DNA from: a virus
IMG/VR virus record: IMGVR_UViG_3300018031_000005
Location: 1-64,000 of that record
DNA: 64,000 nt
Direction: 5' to 3' (one strand)
In this document: piece after piece, positions 40,910 to 51,100 of the stretch
Layout: each line of letters opens with the position of its first letter
Numbering within the stretch: the first letter of the stretch is position 1
The notes under the pieces: model-generated
Database searches by the model: none
Seen by the model: only the letters and a program-made list of their open reading frames with translations
What the model was told of the DNA's origin: nothing
Program-made: the position numbers and the translations under genes

Positions 40910-42391
40910 ATGCCAATGTTTCCATCCGGTACAAAATCAGATTTTTATATCATTGCTAGAAAAGATGCAGATGATAGATTCAAATTATTTGATGCTTCTA
41001 TAATCGCATCAGGAGCATTTGCTGAATTAATTGAAAGAATAAATAACGACCCAAGTCACGAATATAATATATTACATACTATAAGTCTTGATGATCTTGT
41101 AGATGCTTCTGGTGTATTAAGAACTGATATAGACCAAAATCATTTAGATTTCTTAAATTCCAGTGGAATTTTTGTTAAAAATGGTGAAAATCTTGGTACG
41201 GGTAGCCAAGTTTTTATTCAAAAAGATGCACAGCGAAATCTTGAGTTTAGAACTCTAATCGGCGGGAGCGGAGTAGAAATAACCACAAGCGGAAATACAA
41301 TTAGATTTGATAATGAGTTATCAGATGATTTTGATAAATTAAATACTGATTGGGAAAATGCTTCCGGCGCATTTATAAAGACAGCAAGTAATCAAGGAAT
41401 AGGTAAAGATGTTTTCGCCCAAAAGGTTGGGCAAGATTTACAGTTTCGTCGTCTTCTACAGGGAAGTGGTATTATAATAACTCCTAGTGGGAATACGCTT
41501 CGTGTAGATAATATGTTAGTGGATGATTTAATATTAACCGATATTCGACTTGATGATTTGCGTACTGATTTTGATAATGCATCCGGTATATGGGTAAAGA
41601 ATGGAGAAAATTTAGGAACTGGTAAACAAATATTTGTCCAAAAAGATTCTGATAAGAATTTGGAATTTAGAACACTCATAGGTGGTTCCGGAATAGAAAT
41701 TAGTACTAGTGGTAATACGCTGCGCTTTGATAACGAAATAATAGATGATTTTAATGAGCTACAGAATGATTTTGCTAGTGCGTCAGGTAACTTCGTTAAA
41801 ACTGCTTCAAACGTTGGCTCCTCAGGAATTGGAATTTTTAAGCAGAAAGTTGGTTCAGATTTACAATTTAAGAAACTTGTAGATGGATCTGGTATAAGTT
41901 TAATAGAATCTGATAATTCGATAAGAATTTATAACCAAGAAGAAATTGTAGTTAAACATACTAGTGAATCTACTGCTTCCGATACAACGTTAAGTAATGA
42001 TGCTGAACTTAAATTTCCAGTTAAGGCAAATGGTGTATATGTATTTGAAGTACATTTAATGATACAAGCTATTTCTACTGCGCCTGATATTAAATTAGGA
42101 TGGAGTGTTCCTGCTGGAACTACCATGCTTTGGGCACCAATTATTCATGATAATACGCAAATGTATTGGTCTACAACTAAAGTTAGCGATACACCACAAT
42201 TCTTATTCAGCGAAGCTACTGTTCATATATTTGCTACTGGTGTTGGTACAATAGGATGTTATTTAAGGGGAACTATTTTTGTTAGTTCTACTGCGGGAAC
42301 AGTATTTCTTCAATGGGCGCAAAATTCTTCTAATATTACAAGTATTACGGTCAGAAGAGGTTCATTTATTAAGTTTAGGAAATTAATATAA
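40910..42391 (+). CDS. fibre-like protein with four repeats of the same family
   Basis: Same repeat family as 39761..40894 (NLEFRTLIGGSGIEI.TSGNT.RFDNE), with a distinct C-terminal domain. Confidence 0.6.
   Translation: MPMFPSGTKSDFYIIARKDADDRFKLFDASIIASGAFAELIERINNDPSHEYNILHTISLDDLVDASGVLRTDIDQNHLDFLNSSGIFVKNGENLGTGSQVFIQKDAQRNLEFRTLIGGSGVEITTSGNTIRFDNELSDDFDKLNTDWENASGAFIKTASNQGIGKDVFAQKVGQDLQFRRLLQGSGIIITPSGNTLRVDNMLVDDLILTDIRLDDLRTDFDNASGIWVKNGENLGTGKQIFVQKDSDKNLEFRTLIGGSGIEISTSGNTLRFDNEIIDDFNELQNDFASASGNFVKTASNVGSSGIGIFKQKVGSDLQFKKLVDGSGISLIESDNSIRIYNQEEIVVKHTSESTASDTTLSNDAELKFPVKANGVYVFEVHLMIQAISTAPDIKLGWSVPAGTTMLWAPIIHDNTQMYWSTTKVSDTPQFLFSEATVHIFATGVGTIGCYLRGTIFVSSTAGTVFLQWAQNSSNITSITVRRGSFIKFRKLI
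41117..41944 (+). repeat. four coding repeats of about 64-71 aa (two alternating subtypes)
   Basis: aa 70-140, 141-206, 217-280 and 281-345 align by eye. Confidence 0.75.
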
Positions 42392-42410
42392 TATTATAAA
42401 TGGTGATTAA

Positions 42411-42947
42411 ATGGGTATTGAAAATTTACCAATTCCAGGAACTTTTGTTGATGATAACATTGTTAATCTATATAAAAGTACTATAAATGCGCTAATTTCT
42501 GATATGGGGCGCAAGGTTACTTTGTACCTACCTCCCGTGGGCAGCGGATGTCCTAATTGTAAGATGGGATTTGATGGCAGTTCTCAGGGTTTATATAATT
42601 TTATCAATCCTTTTACTTTGGGTGGAGCTTTTAATAAACCATTTCCGCAAGGTGGAATTTGTTCTGTTTGTAAAGGAACGCATGAAATAAAAACTGCTAA
42701 AACATCTATTTATACAGCTCTAATATCAAGAGATCCAGAAGAATTAGATTTTAAAGCTTTTGGTAAAAATTTTGATAGAAATAATGTATACAGAACCAAA
42801 ATGCAGATAGTGGCTTTTGAGGATTTAAAAATAGCTGAAAAAGCTTTAATAGATGGACTGCTTTGTGTTCCAATTAGAACACCTATGAAAAGAGGAATTA
42901 GAGACCTAGCTTTTGTGCAAGCTTGGTGGAGACAAATGGATAAATAA
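42411..42947 (+). CDS. hypothetical structural protein with CxxC...CxxC
   Basis: GCPNCK ... CSVCKG. Confidence 0.55.
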   Translation: MGIENLPIPGTFVDDNIVNLYKSTINALISDMGRKVTLYLPPVGSGCPNCKMGFDGSSQGLYNFINPFTLGGAFNKPFPQGGICSVCKGTHEIKTAKTSIYTALISRDPEELDFKAFGKNFDRNNVYRTKMQIVAFEDLKIAEKALIDGLLCVPIRTPMKRGIRDLAFVQAWWRQMDK

Positions 42948-42948
42948 T

Positions 42949-43593
42949 ATGGCACGAATTAGAATATTAAATAAAGATGGTTTACAATCTCAAATTAAAA
43001 AAGCAATAAATAGAAAAATGAATCTTGTTTTTAATGAAGCTAAGGATTTGCTTTTACAGCAAGCTAAGGTTTATCGTGATAAATTTGCCAATAGTTCTGA
43101 ATATCAAGATATAAAAAGTCGAATGGTTGGCGAGTTTGGTTTTACGCCGGAAGAAGTGGCCGGACTAGATAGAATTTTAGATTTATTAGTTCCTAGTACT
43201 GATAATGATATAACTGTAAGTTTTATTACTACTGGAATTGCTAAATCTACTAAATTTATGATTCTTGAGTGGGTTGATTTTTCAAAACTTAAGGAACACC
43301 CTATTGCTCAACATGAATTAACAAAACTAGATGCAGCAGGTAGCGTAATAGGTATTACCGATATTGTATCTTGGATTGAATGGCTTGAAGAGGGCGAAAC
43401 AATAAGAGGTTATGAATTTTTTAAGTCTAACGAGTCAATGTCAAGAAGTGGTGCTGGCTTAATGCGTCGTGATACTGGGAATATTTTCGTTTTAGAGCCC
43501 ACTCGTATATTTGAAAGAATAGGCATCGAAGCTAACATCAATGTTTTAAGAAGAGGGTTTGGTATTTTAGTTAAAAAATTTGGAAAAAGCTAA
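42949..43593 (+). CDS. hypothetical structural protein
   Basis: ORF 42913..43593 trimmed to ATG 42949, directly after the upstream stop. Confidence 0.55.
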   Translation: MARIRILNKDGLQSQIKKAINRKMNLVFNEAKDLLLQQAKVYRDKFANSSEYQDIKSRMVGEFGFTPEEVAGLDRILDLLVPSTDNDITVSFITTGIAKSTKFMILEWVDFSKLKEHPIAQHELTKLDAAGSVIGITDIVSWIEWLEEGETIRGYEFFKSNESMSRSGAGLMRRDTGNIFVLEPTRIFERIGIEANINVLRRGFGILVKKFGKS

Positions 43594-43611
43594 TAAATTT
43601 GGAAGAATCCA

Positions 43612-44487
43612 ATGATTACACGTTATAGATTATCTTCTCAGCTTAAATTTAATATTAAATCCTATCTTGATAGAGATTTAGTTAATGATGGATTATATAT
43701 TAATGTTGCTTCTGGTGATTTTGATGTATCAGGGGAACGTGCTGATATTTTTAAAAGAGTTAATGGGTTTCACTATGAATCAGCATTTGATAACTTTGTA
43801 TATGAAACAGACGCTTCTGGCGTTAGTAGTCATCCTGCTTTTGTGGCCAGCGGCGTTTATGTAAACGGAGTTTTTAATCCTAAGGGCGGTGGCACATATA
43901 AGCCATCCATAGATTATCGAAATGGCCGTGTATTTTTTGAATCGGCAGTACCGGCTAATTCAACAGTTAGTGCCGAATTTAGTTATAAACACACCAGAGT
44001 AGATTTTCCGGATTCACGTAGAGTTAATTTGATATTTTCTGCCATTAAAGATTCCGTAGATTTTACCGAAAATGTTTTTCCTTCTGGATTTGATAGACAA
44101 TTACCTGTGGTTGTCATAGATATTCAAAGAAGATTGTCCAGTCCATTTGCCCTGGGAGGCGGAAAGACACATGATACGCTAATAGCCCTTCATGTTATTT
44201 CTAACTCTACTCACGAATTAGATCAGATTGTAGATTTTTTAACCGAAAGATCATTTCAGAAGACTATTAGGGGCGTTGATTTTAATAAGATTCCAGAACT
44301 ATTTACAGAAAAAGGAGATATAGCATCAACATATGAGAATTATAGTAATTTACAGGGTGACTTGGCTTTTGAATTTCCTAAAATATATATAAATAGGGCA
44401 AGTTTAATAAGTACTGGTGAAATTAGAGGAGTTCGGATAGCAAGAGTTCACTGGAATGCCGTAATTTACTCAAATCTACCTGTTTAA
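43612..44487 (+). CDS. hypothetical structural protein (291 aa)
   Basis: ORF track. Confidence 0.55.
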   Translation: MITRYRLSSQLKFNIKSYLDRDLVNDGLYINVASGDFDVSGERADIFKRVNGFHYESAFDNFVYETDASGVSSHPAFVASGVYVNGVFNPKGGGTYKPSIDYRNGRVFFESAVPANSTVSAEFSYKHTRVDFPDSRRVNLIFSAIKDSVDFTENVFPSGFDRQLPVVVIDIQRRLSSPFALGGGKTHDTLIALHVISNSTHELDQIVDFLTERSFQKTIRGVDFNKIPELFTEKGDIASTYENYSNLQGDLAFEFPKIYINRASLISTGEIRGVRIARVHWNAVIYSNLPV

Positions 44488-44599
44488 TAAACCTACTTGG
44501 TACGTATTATTAGTGAGGGAGTATTAATTTATACAAGGCAAATTTTATAATCCAAGAAAAGTATATTGGAATTAAAAAAAAGAATATAGGAGGTAAGTA

Positions 44600-45871
44600 A
44601 TGGCTAACAATCGAATAATTTACGCAACTGCTCAATTTAGCATAAAAGATAATAGAGCAGATGCTACAAGCAGGATAATGAGTTCTAACCTGAACTTAAA
44701 TGCTACGCTTGCTAGTGGTATTACTGCATCTAGCCCTCAGATTAAGTTAAGTCCGGCTCGTTCGGGCCAATGGCCTTCTGCTGGAATGTTTAGAGTTAAG
44801 ACGGGTACTAATCTTTTTGAATATATTCGTTATACTTCATTCCTTAATACTACTACAGTAAACGTAGTAGGTGGGCGAGGGGCCGCAGGAACAACTGCAC
44901 AAGCGCATGCATCCGGCAATACTGCCCAGTTACTTGGTTGGGAAGTACCATTCGGTGTTCAATCGGTTTCTGTTGGAACTACTTTCAATTTAGAAGACGT
45001 GTTCCACATTGGTCAGTTGGATGCTTATGAAAACGTAGAAGGTATTCCAGAAGTTGAAGTAACTGCTGAAAGAGTTTTGGACGGTACTAAACCTTTCTGG
45101 CTTATGGCAACTGATCCTGAATTTACTACTTTGAAAGGTAGAACTGCTAGATATAAAATAGACGTTGCTGTTAACGTTTATCCAGATACTCAGGATAGTG
45201 CTGTTGGTTCTCCAGATAGCGTTTGTGTAGCTTCTGGTATGGCAATTTCTGCTTGGGGAGTAACTTTCCCAACGGATGGCAACTTTACTGAAACAATGAC
45301 GCTGGTTGGAAATGACAAGACTTGGGGTCTTGAAGAAGGTACTCCTTCTGGTATTTTCCCTTTTGCAGCATCTTATGATGCTACTGTGATTGGTTCCGGC
45401 GTTCAAAGATCAGAAAATTTTGATCTTTCTAATACAACGCTGCCTGCCGACGTTCCAACTCCCGAACACATTCAATCGATTGAAGTGGCTGTGGATATTG
45501 CTCGTGAAGAGATTTTCCAGCTTGGTAGCAAAACACCATTCTTTAGAGCTGTAACGTTCCCTGTAACGGTAACTACAACTTTTGAGACAATTACTGACAA
45601 AGGCGATCTCGTAACCGCCCTTGGTAATGGACGTGCAAACTTGGTTAATAGAACAATTATTCTAAAGACTCAGGGTGGTCTTAAGGTTAACCTTGGAACT
45701 AAAAACAAACTTTCAAGCGTAACTTTTGAAGGCTTTGATGCCGGTGGTGGTAATGGTACAGTAACTTATGAATATACTAATTCTAACGCATTGACTATTA
45801 CTCACGATCAGTTCCCCGGTCCTTATGATACTAATTATAAGTTACCTAATTTTAACGAAGTTCAGCCTTAA
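44600..45871 (+). CDS. major tail protein (putative)
   Basis: AGGAGG SD and a terminator right after. Sits upstream of the chaperone-like genes and the tape measure. Function inferred from context. Confidence 0.5.
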   Translation: MANNRIIYATAQFSIKDNRADATSRIMSSNLNLNATLASGITASSPQIKLSPARSGQWPSAGMFRVKTGTNLFEYIRYTSFLNTTTVNVVGGRGAAGTTAQAHASGNTAQLLGWEVPFGVQSVSVGTTFNLEDVFHIGQLDAYENVEGIPEVEVTAERVLDGTKPFWLMATDPEFTTLKGRTARYKIDVAVNVYPDTQDSAVGSPDSVCVASGMAISAWGVTFPTDGNFTETMTLVGNDKTWGLEEGTPSGIFPFAASYDATVIGSGVQRSENFDLSNTTLPADVPTPEHIQSIEVAVDIAREEIFQLGSKTPFFRAVTFPVTVTTTFETITDKGDLVTALGNGRANLVNRTIILKTQGGLKVNLGTKNKLSSVTFEGFDAGGGNGTVTYEYTNSNALTITHDQFPGPYDTNYKLPNFNEVQP

Positions 45872-45921
45872 TTAGTTAATTAAGAGTAATTAGTTAAGAT
45901 TATTTAGTAAGGTAAAGATGG

Positions 45922-45948
45922 AGTGGGGGATTACATCCCCCACTTTAT
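45922..45948 (+). terminator. rho-independent terminator
   Basis: AGTGGGGG-ATTACAT-CCCCCACT hairpin followed by TTAT. Confidence 0.7.
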
Positions 45949-45966
45949 CCTAATAAAGGGAAAGGT

Positions 45967-47043
45967 ATGTCAGATTCAAATAATCATATTGGTCAGATAA
46001 TAGAAAAAATCTTATGGGGCAAGTCCTTTGTCACTATTTCTAGTACTGACTCTTATTCTGATTGTAAACCTTCCACTTTTATACTTCGTTCCCTGACTAT
46101 CAAAGAGTCAAATTGGGCTAATTATATTTACAATAGAGAATTAAATCTAGCCCTTCAGGCTGGTGTATTGTCTTTTGATGATTTATTAAGTATTTATAAA
46201 TCTGCCGATATTTGGACAGATAGCACGGAAGAAGAGATAAAGAATTTAGAAAAAAGAGAAAAGATATTACAATCGGAAATAAAGGATTTTCAGTTTATTA
46301 CTATTAAAAAGAAAAAAGCGGAAAAAGAATTAGAAGTCACAAGAAAATCAATTAAAAATATTAGAGATGTTAAAAATAATATCTTCTCTTTGTCCGCTGA
46401 AAGTAGAGCTGAAGAAGTTATGAGACGTTATCTTGTTATGATGTCTACTGAAAATATAAAAGAAAAATCATATTGGCTTACTGAAGAAGATTTTCTTAAA
46501 GAAACAAATATTGATCTAATATATCATTTAGCAATAGAGTACTATAAAAACAATATCTTTAATGAATCTATCTTGAGAAAAATAGCAAGAAGTCCCGAAT
46601 GGCGTGTTAAATGGAATGCTTCTAAGAATGGCGCTAATCTATTCGGTCGTCCAATACCCGAATGGTCAGACATGCAGAACTGGTTAGTTTATTGGTCTCA
46701 ATTTTATGACTTCATTTATGACAGTTATGAACGCCCATCCGACGTTATAATCGATGATGATAATTCCTGTGATTCTTGGGTTAGAGATCAGAATAAAAAA
46801 ATAAAGAATTCTTCTCAATCAAAGGATAAGAATTTGTTTGGCAATAAAAGAGCGATAACAAAACAAGATCATCAGGAACAATTTGTTATGGTTCAAAAAG
46901 ATGATTCAGAAGTAATCAAACAAGTACAGGAAATGAATTCAGAAGATGTAAGGATACAGTTGAGAGGTGAACGTAAAACAATAGTTGAACAGGGTAGGAT
47001 GTCAGAATGGAAACTGAGAGGCAAAAATTATGTTGGAACCTAA
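45967..47043 (+). CDS. hypothetical protein (358 aa)
   Basis: ORF track. Confidence 0.55.
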   Translation: MSDSNNHIGQIIEKILWGKSFVTISSTDSYSDCKPSTFILRSLTIKESNWANYIYNRELNLALQAGVLSFDDLLSIYKSADIWTDSTEEEIKNLEKREKILQSEIKDFQFITIKKKKAEKELEVTRKSIKNIRDVKNNIFSLSAESRAEEVMRRYLVMMSTENIKEKSYWLTEEDFLKETNIDLIYHLAIEYYKNNIFNESILRKIARSPEWRVKWNASKNGANLFGRPIPEWSDMQNWLVYWSQFYDFIYDSYERPSDVIIDDDNSCDSWVRDQNKKIKNSSQSKDKNLFGNKRAITKQDHQEQFVMVQKDDSEVIKQVQEMNSEDVRIQLRGERKTIVEQGRMSEWKLRGKNYVGT

Positions 47044-47386
47044 TGGTCAGAAAAATTTGAAAACTAAGTTAAATAGTATTATTAAAAAACGAGATCCAAT
47101 GTCTATGCGATCTGCTGATAACTTAAAACGAATAGTAGAGCGTAAAATAAAAGATGTTTATGTTGGAGCACTTAGATGTATTGAAATTAAGTTTGGTAAA
47201 TCTTTTGAGGGATATGATGAAATTCGCAAAGAAATATTAAGACTTGGTAATGATGCAAATAGGCAATTTAATAATGTAGTTGATAATTCATTTAATATTG
47301 AACAAATTCCGGAAGTGTTAACTTTCAGGTTCAATAAAGGAGAATTTAACGAAGGAGAAGGTTATGAAGGACAGGAAAGTATTTAA
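47030..47386 (+). CDS. hypothetical protein (118 aa)
   Basis: ORF track. Confidence 0.5.
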   Translation: MLEPNGQKNLKTKLNSIIKKRDPMSMRSADNLKRIVERKIKDVYVGALRCIEIKFGKSFEGYDEIRKEILRLGNDANRQFNNVVDNSFNIEQIPEVLTFRFNKGEFNEGEGYEGQESI

Positions 47387-48107
47387 AGTTACTATTAGTG
47401 AAACAGAAAAAGAGTTTTATTTTAAAAACCCTAGTCAAGAAGAAATGCTTGCTCTTGATTTAGAATATCGTAAGATATTTGCGAAATGCTTAAGAGCAGG
47501 TGTTATGAGTGAAGCCGAAACTAAGAAATTGGCCGAAAAAAGTAATGCTTGGAGTTCCGAAGATGAACAACAGGTAAGTGCTTTTGCTATAGATATTGCT
47601 GCTCTGGAATTGGTTGTTAAAAATGAAAAAGGTATATACAAAGAAGAAGATATTTCAAAAGCTGTTACTGATTTGTCAAATAAGCGTAGCAAAATGATTG
47701 AAAAAATTAATGAAAAGGTAGGTTTATTTTCTAATACAGCAGAAGGTTTGGCTAATCAACAGCGTATGCATAAGTTTGCCGAGCTTTGTCTGGTAGATAA
47801 TTCAGATAATTCTAGATTTTTTGATAGTTGCGATTCCTATAAATTATTTGCTGAAAATGAAAGAGATTCTTTGTCAGAAATATATAAGAATGCTTATTAT
47901 TTTGAATATGGTGAGCCTAGCAAATTAATAGAAGAATGGCCAGAAGTTAAATATCTTAAAGATAAAGTAAGCGCATTAAGCGAAGAAGCCAAGAAAGCAT
48001 CTGAAGAAGAATCTAAAGTTGAGGAAGCCGAAACTAAATTAGTAGAAAGTAAAACAGAAACATCTAAGTCCAGTAGAAAGAAGTCAAAAGTTCTAATTGA
48101 GAAATAA
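47364..48107 (+). CDS. tail assembly chaperone-like protein (putative)
   Basis: Immediately upstream of the tape measure. Acidic/Lys-rich C-terminus. Own GAAGGAGAAGG SD. Confidence 0.4.
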   Translation: MKDRKVFKVTISETEKEFYFKNPSQEEMLALDLEYRKIFAKCLRAGVMSEAETKKLAEKSNAWSSEDEQQVSAFAIDIAALELVVKNEKGIYKEEDISKAVTDLSNKRSKMIEKINEKVGLFSNTAEGLANQQRMHKFAELCLVDNSDNSRFFDSCDSYKLFAENERDSLSEIYKNAYYFEYGEPSKLIEEWPEVKYLKDKVSALSEEAKKASEEESKVEEAETKLVESKTETSKSSRKKSKVLIEK

Positions 48108-48124
48108 TATAATAGGAGTTAAAT

Positions 48125-51100
48125 GTGGCAAGAGATATAATCATAACCGCTGGTATAAAATTTGATCCAAAAGATATTGATACCAAAGCGATTAGAGATG
48201 CGGTAGTTAAAAGTATTGCTAATACTACTGTAAATATCGGTAAAATAACAATTGGTAGTACTGCACGTACTGCACTCCAAGATGCTATTTCTAAAGTTGC
48301 ATTTAGAATAAGTAAAGCCAGATTTGATTCAACCGGAGTAAGTTCATTAAAAGATTCATTTGATAGAATTGGCTTTGTTATTAACAAAGTTCGTTTTAGT
48401 GGTTTTGCTATAAATAGTCTTAAAAATCAATTTGGTAATACTGAATTCGTTTTAGCTAAAATTCGTCTAGGCGCTACGGCAACTAGACAGGTTAGTGCCC
48501 AGATTCAGGCTGGAGCCGGGGCTGGAGCTGGCGCAGGGGGAGCAGCCGGCGCTACTGTTGCAGCTAGAGCTTCGCAAACAGCAACAGAGAGATTTAGGGC
48601 TCAAAATTTAGCCTTATTAGAAGTATTAAATAGCACATCTAAGGGCGAAAGAGCCACCAGAAATTACGCCCAAGCTTTGTTACAAGGGGCGGGTTCTGCT
48701 GAAACATTCGGCGCTAAAATTGGCCAAATTACAACAAGATTTAGTGCTTATTTAGTTTCTTTGAGTGCAGTTTTTGCTGTCCAACGAGCTTTTGCTAATT
48801 CACTTAAGTTTATATTTGAATTTGATTCAGCATTACAAGATGTTCAAAAAATCCTTAGAACTACTCCGGATGAGTTACAAAATCTTTCTAGATCTTTATT
48901 TGGTATTGCTAATGCAACTGCTAAATCTGTAGGAAATGCTACCGCATCTTTTAATGAATTTATTAGAGCTGGTATTGATACAGAAGAGTCATTAAAAAGA
49001 ACAGAAGCAGCGCTTATTGCAGTTAACGTTACCGGATTAAGCGTTGAAGAATCAACTAAATTAATTACATCAGCATTAACTATATTTAAAGATGAATTAA
49101 CTGACGGTGTTAAAGTTATTGATCTTTTAACTATTGCCGATGAAAAGGCTGCTGCAAGTTCTGCCGAAATTTCTCGTGCTTTATTAAGAGCGGGAGGTGC
49201 TGGCGAAGCTGTTGGTGTTACATTTAAACAATTAAATGCTATTATTGCAGCCACAATTGAAGCCACACAATTAAGTGGTTCAACTATTGGTGCAGCTCTT
49301 AAGACTATTTTTGCTAATATTGCTGGTACTTCAGATAGATTACGTGAACAAGCCAATGCATTTGGAGCTAATATTAAAGCTGGCGATGATGTATTTACCA
49401 TTTTACAAAAGCTGTCTGTTATTTTTCCTAAATTAAATAAAGAACAAGTAGCTGTTATTAATCAAACTATTGCCGGCAAGAGAAGATTTACCGAATTATC
49501 CGGTCTATTAGGTAACTTTGGCAAAGTTAATGAAATTCTTGTAGCACAAAATACGGCAACTGGAGTATCATTACAAAGAAATCAAGTTGAATTAAATAAA
49601 CTTTCTGCTCAAGCTCAATTAACCGCCAATACTTTTGCTCAATTAGTAGCTGAAATAACAGGAGTTGGTCGTGGAGTTGAAGGCGTTGGATCAATTAGAG
49701 ATGGATTAGCAAGTATTTTAGGATTAGTAAGGAGTGTTGGTGAGGGATTTTTATTCGTAGTAGGCCAGATTAAAGAACTTGATTCGGGATTATTTAGTGC
49801 AGATTCTATTATTAAAGCTTTAGCTAAAGCTGCATTTTTTACTATAGCTCCAAAAGTTATTTTAGGAATTTTAAAGGGCCTTAAAGATTTCTTTACATTT
49901 ACTACTGCCGTTAAAGCTGATTTAAATCAGATTGTTAAAATTCAACAACAATATAATCAGGTTGTTAGTAATACAACAATTCCACTAGAAAAAGCTTCAC
50001 TTTCCATACAACAACAGCGCCTTAAAACTCTTTTAGAAATGAAACAAATAGCTGGACAAATAGGCACTGAAAAAATTGCAGCAGGATTGGGCGCTATTAA
50101 AATACCGCCAATTAGTCAACAAGGATTATTAAGCGGTCTTCTTTCAAAAATTGGAGGAAATTTTGGTGCTCAATTATTAACAGTAATGGGTATACAAGTT
50201 ATAGGAGATGCAACTGCTAAATTGGCAAAAGAACTAGAAGAAAATGGGCAACAAGCTGGATCTATTCTAGCTAAATCTATCTCAACATTTGCTAGTTTAT
50301 TTACAAGTTTAACTTTTGTTATAGGTCCATTTGGAGCTGCAATTGTTGCAGTAACTAAAGCAACTTTTGATTATGTCAAAGGACTTTTTGACCAAAATAC
50401 CGCCATTGAAAAAGCTAGAAAAAGTCTAGACTCATTAATTGCTGCTAATGCAACACTTGAAGATGCTGAAAGACTATTTGGTGAATTAGGAGTACAAGCA
50501 TTTAAAGAAATAGCTCAATCCGGAGCCGATGCATCAAAACAAATAGTTTCTTTAGCAGCTTTAATTAATAAAATAAGCGAAATACAAAAAAGTAGTGCAG
50601 TAACTTTATCTACTAGATTTGATAGAGCATCATTTGCATTAGATGAAATGATCGGGTCTGTAGCTAATCTTGATGCTCAATTAAAATTTAGTGCCGAATT
50701 AGCTAAGGCTCAACAAGAAATTGCAGCAAAAGGTACCGAGCTTGCTTTTAATATAGAATTGGGTCCCGCACCCAGAGAGATAAGCGATCTACGTAAATCA
50801 CTTGTAGAAATGAATGTTCAATTAGATAGATTTAAATCTACCGGTGATGAGGCTATTGAATCTTTTAGTAAACTTGATAGAGTTTTAGAAGCAAATAGAG
50901 AACGATTAGATGGAAGTAATAAAAAATCCTTTGATATACTTACCAATAAGGATAATTCACTTATTACTGCACGAGTAGAAGAATTACTTAGATCATATAC
51001 ACAGGAACTTTCTATCTTAGAAAAAATAAAAGAGGAAAATGATGCTATTATAAGTCCAATTGAAAGAGTGATATCTGGACTAAATGAAAGATTAAAAATT

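Noticed and set aside
47030-48107. Programmed -1 frameshift between the two ORFs upstream of the tape measure
   Set aside because: The downstream ORF is in the +1 frame, not -1. It has its own strong SD (GAAGGAGAAGG) and ATG, and I see no slippery heptamer in the 23-nt overlap.
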